64,000 nucleotides of DNA from Candidatus Buchananbacteria bacterium RIFCSPLOWO2_01_FULL_39_33 (GTDB lineage: Bacteria > Patescibacteriota > Patescibacteriia > 2-01-FULL-39-33). This document shows, in pieces, positions 58,448 through 64,000 of the stretch (position 1 is its first letter; each line of letters opens with the position of its first letter). The translations under genes were made by a program, and so were the position numbers. Where the stretch lies: the NCBI GenBank assembly GCA_001817505.1, contig MHIM01000004.1, forward strand, positions 6,953 through 70,952. Direction: 5' to 3'. Under the pieces are notes generated by a model. It searched no databases. It had not been told where the DNA came from and saw only the letters and a list, made by a program, of their open reading frames with translations.

Positions 58448-59597
58448 TATTTATCTCCTTGGGTTCATTTTCCACTATCGGCCAATGCTTGACAATGTTT
58501 GAACCAGCCCCGTCATCAAAATTAACCGTTTCCAAATATTCTAAAGCCAGCAGGGCAATAGCGGCAAATTGATATTCGGCTATCAGCTGGGCAATTATTT
58601 CCTTGATATTACCCAAGCAGGGTATACCATTTTTATTAATATGCGGGTGTTGGATATTGAAATCATCGCCAGTGCCTTTTCTGGTAGTATTGAAAAATTT
58701 GATGCCGCCGTCTTGGCCATTAAGATAAATTTCAATTCTGAACTTACCGATGTCAAAAGTAACTTTCTTCTGGCCGCCATTCGGCACTTTAGTGGTGATG
58801 TAAATGTGGCCGGTGTCAATGATCACCATATCCTCACTGGCTCTGACACTCTCCACGCCGTCCAAAGATACCAATTTATTATACTCGGCCTCAAAAATGG
58901 CAACATCGGATTGTTCACGCTGTTTTATTTGAAGCAATTGGCGCCTCGAATCGTCAGCGTTGCGAATAATAGCTATCAACTGCTTTTGCAAATTAACCTG
59001 CGTTGATTCCTGATCGGCTAAATTAGCTTCAATTTTTCTGATAAACATTTTATATTGCTGGCGGCAAGCTTCAACATAAAATTTCAGCTGGCGCTGCTGA
59101 CGGTCCTTAGCCAACTGAAGGTCGCGCTGCTGGCGTTCTTGGTCGGGCAAGGTCAACTCAACCACAGTCTGCTCTAAAATCTTGCGGTAAATATCTACAC
59201 CTTTGGTTATGTCACTTATAAAAATCGGCAGATGAATATACAAATTATCACCGATTATTTCGGCTAAAATATAATCTGATTGACCATCAGTAATGCCAAT
59301 GCCGGTATCAGTGAATTTAAAGCAGCTCCAACCATGCGTATTATCAGTAGTCAAGCCGAATAATTTATTGGGTACTTTAGCCGGACCGCTTCCGCCCATA
59401 GCCGCTGACCAGACAAAAATATGAAAACAACCATTACTTAAAGGAATCTGGCAGATATTAGAGAAGTGAACGATAGTTTTACGATTGATAACCGGCAACA
59501 ATATTTCTTCAGTAGCTCTTTTAAAGGCTAAAATTCTTTGGTGAGTAACATTTACCAGACCAGACTGATTAATAACCACCTGGGGAATATTAATCAT
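58440..59597 (-). CDS. E2/UBC-like conjugating domain fused to a coiled coil and a novel N-terminal domain
   Basis: C-terminal FDIGKFRIEI...QHPHINKNGIPCLGN resembles the E2 HPN...C active site. Confidence 0.75.
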   Translation of the reverse strand: MINIPQVVINQSGLVNVTHQRILAFKRATEEILLPVINRKTIVHFSNICQIPLSNGCFHIFVWSAAMGGSGPAKVPNKLFGLTTDNTHGWSCFKFTDTGIGITDGQSDYILAEIIGDNLYIHLPIFISDITKGVDIYRKILEQTVVELTLPDQERQQRDLQLAKDRQQRQLKFYVEACRQQYKMFIRKIEANLADQESTQVNLQKQLIAIIRNADDSRRQLLQIKQREQSDVAIFEAEYNKLVSLDGVESVRASEDMVIIDTGHIYITTKVPNGGQKKVTFDIGKFRIEIYLNGQDGGIKFFNTTRKGTGDDFNIQHPHINKNGIPCLGNIKEIIAQLIAEYQFAAIALLALEYLETVNFDDGAGSNIVKHWPIVENEPKEINNV

Positions 59598-61075
59598 TTT
59601 TTTTGTTCTTCTTCTGGCAACTGTAAAAATTTCAGTGCTTTCTCCAATATCTTTCTGAAGATATTATAATCGTCGTGATAATCTTCGTGGCAAATATCAT
59701 GGAAAATATAGAGATTATTGCCAATAATTTCCGCTATGGGGTTGTCATCGTTGGTTTCGTCAGTAATAACGAAATCGGCCAAGTCGCTGGGTAAAAAACC
59801 AGGATCAGTACAACCAACTCCATAACCCCACATTCTGGCGGCTGTCATGGCATTTTTCTTGGAACCATTTAGCGATGACCAGATTAAGATATTAAAATCG
59901 TCATTGGCGGGTAATGGATGATTACTCCCATGAGGCACAAAAAGTTTAATATTTTTATTAACCGCCGGCAAAATAATCTGCCGAATCAGAGCTTCCACTC
60001 GTTCCAATTTCATTTGACCGACCCAGTTATTGGGCGTGATAAAGAAAACATCCTGGGGACGCAGTCCAGCAGGCGCTTGGCCCAGAGCAATGGGAATATA
60101 ATGTTCCAGTAAGTCAACGCAAAAAGCCAAATCAAAGTCATCTGGAGTATCGTTTAAGCCGAAAATATTAACCACCCGGCCATTAGCCAAATAACCGATA
60201 TTATTCCCTTGGTCTTCGCTCAAATTCAACTCCCGGCCAACAATAATATGAAGTTCATCGTCGGTTTGAGCGCGGGTGGGCAAGCCTTCACTGGCACAAT
60301 ATCTTTCATAAAGCTTGATTCTTTTAACGCCAGTAACATTAGTCCTAAGCCAATCACTTAAATTAATGAAAAGATCTTGCCAGCCATTATTATAATAGCC
60401 ACAGGGAGCAACAATTTCCATTTTAACACCTTGGCGAGCCATCAAATTCTCTCCTTCTTCGGCGGTAGCAGCCATCACAACCGGCAGATAGAGATGGATG
60501 TCATTTATTAACCGGTCATATTCGCTAAAGGTGAAATCATCAGAAATTTTCCTAAAGCCTATAACCTGGCCACCGGGTCGATAACTGACTCGGCCGTCAA
60601 TGACACTTGCCGTGATGCCGGCGCCAATAACCAGGTGAAGCTCATCGTCAACCGGCCTAATATCCCGATCTTCGTCGTCCACAGCTTCATGAATGACAAT
60701 GGTATGCGGATAATATTGACTTAATCGATTTTTCAGAACTTGAAGCTGCTGTTCCCAGTATTCGTTTAAAAAACCATTGGGCGCGGAAATAGCAACGCGC
60801 TCTCTGGGCGCTGCCGGCTCTTGGACAGCCGTCGGCATAAAAGTTACTGTTTCTGAATCCCGGACTGTTAACTTCAAAATACCGGGAATGGAAGTTTCGG
60901 TTTGCGCTGACACGTCAATTTTTAATAAAGTCAAAAATCTTATAATTTTATCTTCTTCCAAAATCAAGCCGTCGTCGCCGTCAATCTCCATATCAATACA
61001 AGGAATATCAATATTGGCCGAGGTAAATATTTTTTCTTCAGTCAAATCAGAAAAAGCCACGAAAAAATTGTTCAT
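59594..61075 (-). CDS. hypothetical repeat-domain protein, first gene of the Ubl operon
   Basis: AAGGAGG SD; internal duplicated DDELH.I.G units; C-terminal domain paralogous to the N-terminus of the E2 protein. Confidence 0.7.
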   Translation of the reverse strand: MNNFFVAFSDLTEEKIFTSANIDIPCIDMEIDGDDGLILEEDKIIRFLTLLKIDVSAQTETSIPGILKLTVRDSETVTFMPTAVQEPAAPRERVAISAPNGFLNEYWEQQLQVLKNRLSQYYPHTIVIHEAVDDEDRDIRPVDDELHLVIGAGITASVIDGRVSYRPGGQVIGFRKISDDFTFSEYDRLINDIHLYLPVVMAATAEEGENLMARQGVKMEIVAPCGYYNNGWQDLFINLSDWLRTNVTGVKRIKLYERYCASEGLPTRAQTDDELHIIVGRELNLSEDQGNNIGYLANGRVVNIFGLNDTPDDFDLAFCVDLLEHYIPIALGQAPAGLRPQDVFFITPNNWVGQMKLERVEALIRQIILPAVNKNIKLFVPHGSNHPLPANDDFNILIWSSLNGSKKNAMTAARMWGYGVGCTDPGFLPSDLADFVITDETNDDNPIAEIIGNNLYIFHDICHEDYHDDYNIFRKILEKALKFLQLPEEEQKK

Positions 61076-61392
61076 CTTGCCCTCCTTTTGACTTGAGGTT
61101 ATCAGCTGTTGGTTTTTTAGTTTTCCTGTTTTTCAATTGTCAAAGAACCGATCCCCTTCTTTTTTATCAGCCCTAAATATAAAGAGGAAAGGCCAAAAAG
61201 GCAAAATTTGCCTGTTTAGCTTTTCCTCCTGTGTAAAACTGTTTAACTTTTTACCTTACCAAAATTGACTTTTTTTGTCAACTAAAAATTATTCACTTAA
61301 AAAATCGCAAAAAATCCCTAATTTAAAAGAAAAAACTCTTGTATTTAGGAATACGGGAGTTTTATTGTTTTTATTATTATCACCTCTTTCTA

Positions 61393-61513
61393 TCATCCCT
61401 GCGAAAGCCTGCCTGCACAAGTAAGTAAGAATCAATCCTTTATTTTATTTCTGGATCCCGGACCTGCCTGCCAGCAGGCAGGTCTTAGCTTAATCGGCAA
61501 ATTCCGGGATGAC
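61393..61513. repeat. REP-like element with two nested cctgcctg palindromes
   Basis: tcatccctgcgaaagc...ggatcccgg...ccgggatgac frame; nested units at 61408-61425 and 61462-61483. Confidence 0.7.
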
Positions 61514-61526
61514 ACGGGTAAATGTT

Positions 61527-62150
61527 TTATTGTTTTCTGGCTTTATTGCTTTTTGCCTCCTGATAATATTTATCCACTTGCTCCCAATTAATGACTTGAA
61601 AAAAATTCTCAATGTAGGCCGGCCGGCGGTTCTGGTATTTCAAATAATAAGCGTGCTCCCAGAGGTCTAATAATAAAATCGGATCTTGACCAACGCTCAA
61701 AGGCGTATCCTGATTAGGCGTAGTTATAATTTCTAATTCACCATCATTTAAAATCAGCCAAGACCAGCCGCTGCCGAATAATCTGGCAGAAGCGTCAGTG
61801 AACTGCTTTTGGAATTCTTCAAAACCGCCGAATTTTTCAGCCAGGGCTTTGGCGATTTCGCCACCAACTGGCACATCTTTTTTCAATAATTTCCAAAACA
61901 GAGCATGATTGGCCGAACCGCCGCCATTATTTTTGACCGGCCGACAGATTTCGGCCGGTAAATCGTTAAGGTTTTTTAAAAGTTCAACAATCGGCTGGCT
62001 TTGTAAGTGTTCGTATTTTTCTAAAGCCGTATTTAACTTGTCCACATAACCTGCGTAATGCTTATCGTGATGAATCTCCATAGTCAGCTTATCAATAAAT
62101 GGCTCTAAGGCGTCATAAGCGTAGTCCAACGCTTCGGCTTGGTATTTCAT
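61527..62150 (-). CDS. sodA: Fe/Mn superoxide dismutase
   Basis: ALEP.I...TMEIHHDKH, NNGGG..NH..FW, FGSGW, DLWEHAYYL.YQN.R. Confidence 0.93.
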   Translation of the reverse strand: MKYQAEALDYAYDALEPFIDKLTMEIHHDKHYAGYVDKLNTALEKYEHLQSQPIVELLKNLNDLPAEICRPVKNNGGGSANHALFWKLLKKDVPVGGEIAKALAEKFGGFEEFQKQFTDASARLFGSGWSWLILNDGELEIITTPNQDTPLSVGQDPILLLDLWEHAYYLKYQNRRPAYIENFFQVINWEQVDKYYQEAKSNKARKQ

Positions 62151-62179
62151 ATTTTAGATAGTTATTAATAAATAAAATT

Positions 62180-63427
62180 TCATTTCATTTCATCCCAAAT
62201 CTCCATCAGCCGGTTGTACTTGGCAATCCTCTCGCCGCGGGCCAGCGAGCCGGCCTTAAGGTAATTGGCGCTGGCAGCGACCGCTAAATCAGCGATAAAA
62301 TCATCCAAGGTCTCGCCGCTGCGATGAGAAATGGCGACTTTATAATTATGCTTTTGCGCTAACTTGAGGCAATTAACCGTTTCCGTCAAAGTGCCGATTT
62401 GGTTTAATTTAATTAAAATGGCATTGCCAACTTGCTTTTTAATCCCCTCTTTCAAGCGTTTGACATTGGTGACAAACAAATCATCGCCGACCAAAGTGAT
62501 TTTTTTGCCTAATTTTTTAGTCAGCTTTTGCCAGCTATTCCAGTCATCTTCAGCCAAGCCGTCTTCCAAGGACTCCAGCGGATATTTTTTAAGCCAACTT
62601 TCATACAATTCCAGCATTTGCCCAACATCGCGTTTTTTTTTATCGGCGGCCATAGCATAAACGCCATCTTTATAAAATTCGCTGGCCGCCGCATCAATGC
62701 CCAGTTTCACCTGGCTATCAGTTTGATAACCGGCTTTAGTTACCGCCTGCAAAATAATGGCCAGGGCTTTTTCATTGCCCGGCAACTTGGGCGCATAGCC
62801 GCCTTCATCGCCGACAGTCGTGGCATAACCCCGGCTTTTTAAAATTTTTTTCAAAGAGGCAAAAATTTCCGCTCCACAACGTATCGCTTCTTTGATATTT
62901 TTCTGCTTGGGCAAAATCATAAATTCCTGGATATCAACCGCCCAACCGGCATGAACGCCGCCGTTTAAAATATTCATCATCGGCACCGGAAATGACAATT
63001 TACCCCGAGACCAATATTTCTTCTTCAAATAAAGATAGAGCGGCTGGCTATTGTCAATAGCCGCTACCCGAGCCACTGCCAGCGAAACGCCCAAAATCGC
63101 ATTGGCGCCCAATTTTGATTTATTCGGCGTACCGTCCAATTTCAACATCAGCTCATCAATCTTTTTTTGATTTTTGGGATCCAAGCCGATTAACTTGGGC
63201 GCGATTTTTTTATTAACACTATCAACCGCTTTTAAAACACCCTGACCCCAATATCTTCTCTGGTCCTGATCGCGTAGCTCTAAGGCCTCATGGGTGCCAA
63301 TGGAAGCGCCACTAGGCACACTGGCCCAGGCCTGGCGGCCGCTGGTTAAAACCACCTCAACCTCAACTGTCGGCTGGCCGCGCGAGTCAAGAATTTCCCG
63401 AGCCGTTATTTTTCTAATAATACTCAT
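62180..63427 (-). CDS. eno: enolase
   Basis: REILDSRGQPTVE, VPSGAS.G..EA.ELRD, VGDEGG, VGDDLFVTN, SHRSGET. Confidence 0.98.
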   Translation of the reverse strand: MSIIRKITAREILDSRGQPTVEVEVVLTSGRQAWASVPSGASIGTHEALELRDQDQRRYWGQGVLKAVDSVNKKIAPKLIGLDPKNQKKIDELMLKLDGTPNKSKLGANAILGVSLAVARVAAIDNSQPLYLYLKKKYWSRGKLSFPVPMMNILNGGVHAGWAVDIQEFMILPKQKNIKEAIRCGAEIFASLKKILKSRGYATTVGDEGGYAPKLPGNEKALAIILQAVTKAGYQTDSQVKLGIDAAASEFYKDGVYAMAADKKKRDVGQMLELYESWLKKYPLESLEDGLAEDDWNSWQKLTKKLGKKITLVGDDLFVTNVKRLKEGIKKQVGNAILIKLNQIGTLTETVNCLKLAQKHNYKVAISHRSGETLDDFIADLAVAASANYLKAGSLARGERIAKYNRLMEIWDEMK

Positions 63428-63476
63428 AAATTTTATATTCCCCTCCTCCCCCCTCCTGATCAGGGGAGGAATTTAT

Positions 63477-64000
63477 TTACCTTATTTCATAACTAATACT
63501 GACACTGACGCTTATTTCCTCACTACCAACTTGAATATCGGGTGCCGGCAAGGCCTTTTCTGTTCCGCCGCCCAAGCCCAAAGCCAGATCACTGCTATAA
63601 AAAGGTGTGGGATAACCGCCGAAATTCTCAGAGAAATTAACAATCGGTCCCAATTTGATACCGACTTGGTCGGCTAAGACCTTGGCTTTGTCTTTGGCTT
63701 GGGCAATGGCTTTTTCCCGCGCTTCAGCTTTATAGACCTCCGGATCATCAATGACAAAAGTCGGGCCATTTAAACTATTGGTGCCAAGTTCGGCCGCTTT
63801 GGCTAAGATATTGCCGATTTTATCAAAATCCCGCACCTTAATTTCCACTGCTTGGCTGATACTGTAACCAATGATCCGCAGTGAGCCGTCGCTCCAAGCA
63901 TAGCGGGGATAAATGCTGTATTGGCTGGTTTTAATGTCTTTATCTTCAATTTTAAAATCGTTTTTGAGCGTTTTAATGATGGCGTTCATTTTTTCGGTGT
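63477..64000 (-). CDS. SIMPL (DUF541) domain protein, 5' end outside the window
   Basis: DIKTSQYSIYP.Y, VKVRD, AREKAIAQAKDKA..LA, C-terminal VSISYEI. Confidence 0.88.
   Translation of the reverse strand, partial: TEKMNAIIKTLKNDFKIEDKDIKTSQYSIYPRYAWSDGSLRIIGYSISQAVEIKVRDFDKIGNILAKAAELGTNSLNGPTFVIDDPEVYKAEAREKAIAQAKDKAKVLADQVGIKLGPIVNFSENFGGYPTPFYSSDLALGLGGGTEKALPAPDIQVGSEEISVSVSISYEIR

Overview
AT-rich bacterial chromosome segment. The gene content (DUF4012 and DUF11-like membrane proteins, type IV pilin cluster, ackA/pduL/ppdK/eno fermentative genes, housekeeping genes mostly lacking SD motifs) suggests Patescibacteria/CPR; this is an inference. Core genes include dnaB, ybaB, recR, rplU, tgt, three GT4 glycosyltransferases plus a sugar transferase, rnpB, rnhA, recJ, lepA, murJ, ackA, pduL, ppdK, tdk, pilB/pilC/pilins, a truB-tsaC fusion, uvrC/A/B, sod, eno and two tRNAs. 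Two systems stand out. (1) An inverted-repeat element inserts exactly at the prepilin G|FTL cleavage motif of two pilin genes and rebuilds that motif; one copy carries a GIY-YIG nuclease fused in frame as the pilin leader peptide. (2) A five-gene ubiquitin-like conjugation operon: novel repeat protein, E2, JAB, E1 and multi-domain Ubl. Also seen: several families of miniature palindromic elements inserted in frame into tgt, uvrA and uvrB or into RNA genes, a ~600-nt candidate ncRNA with a consensus promoter, and boxA-like leaders on accessory genes. All calls are by eye from motifs; no database search was run.
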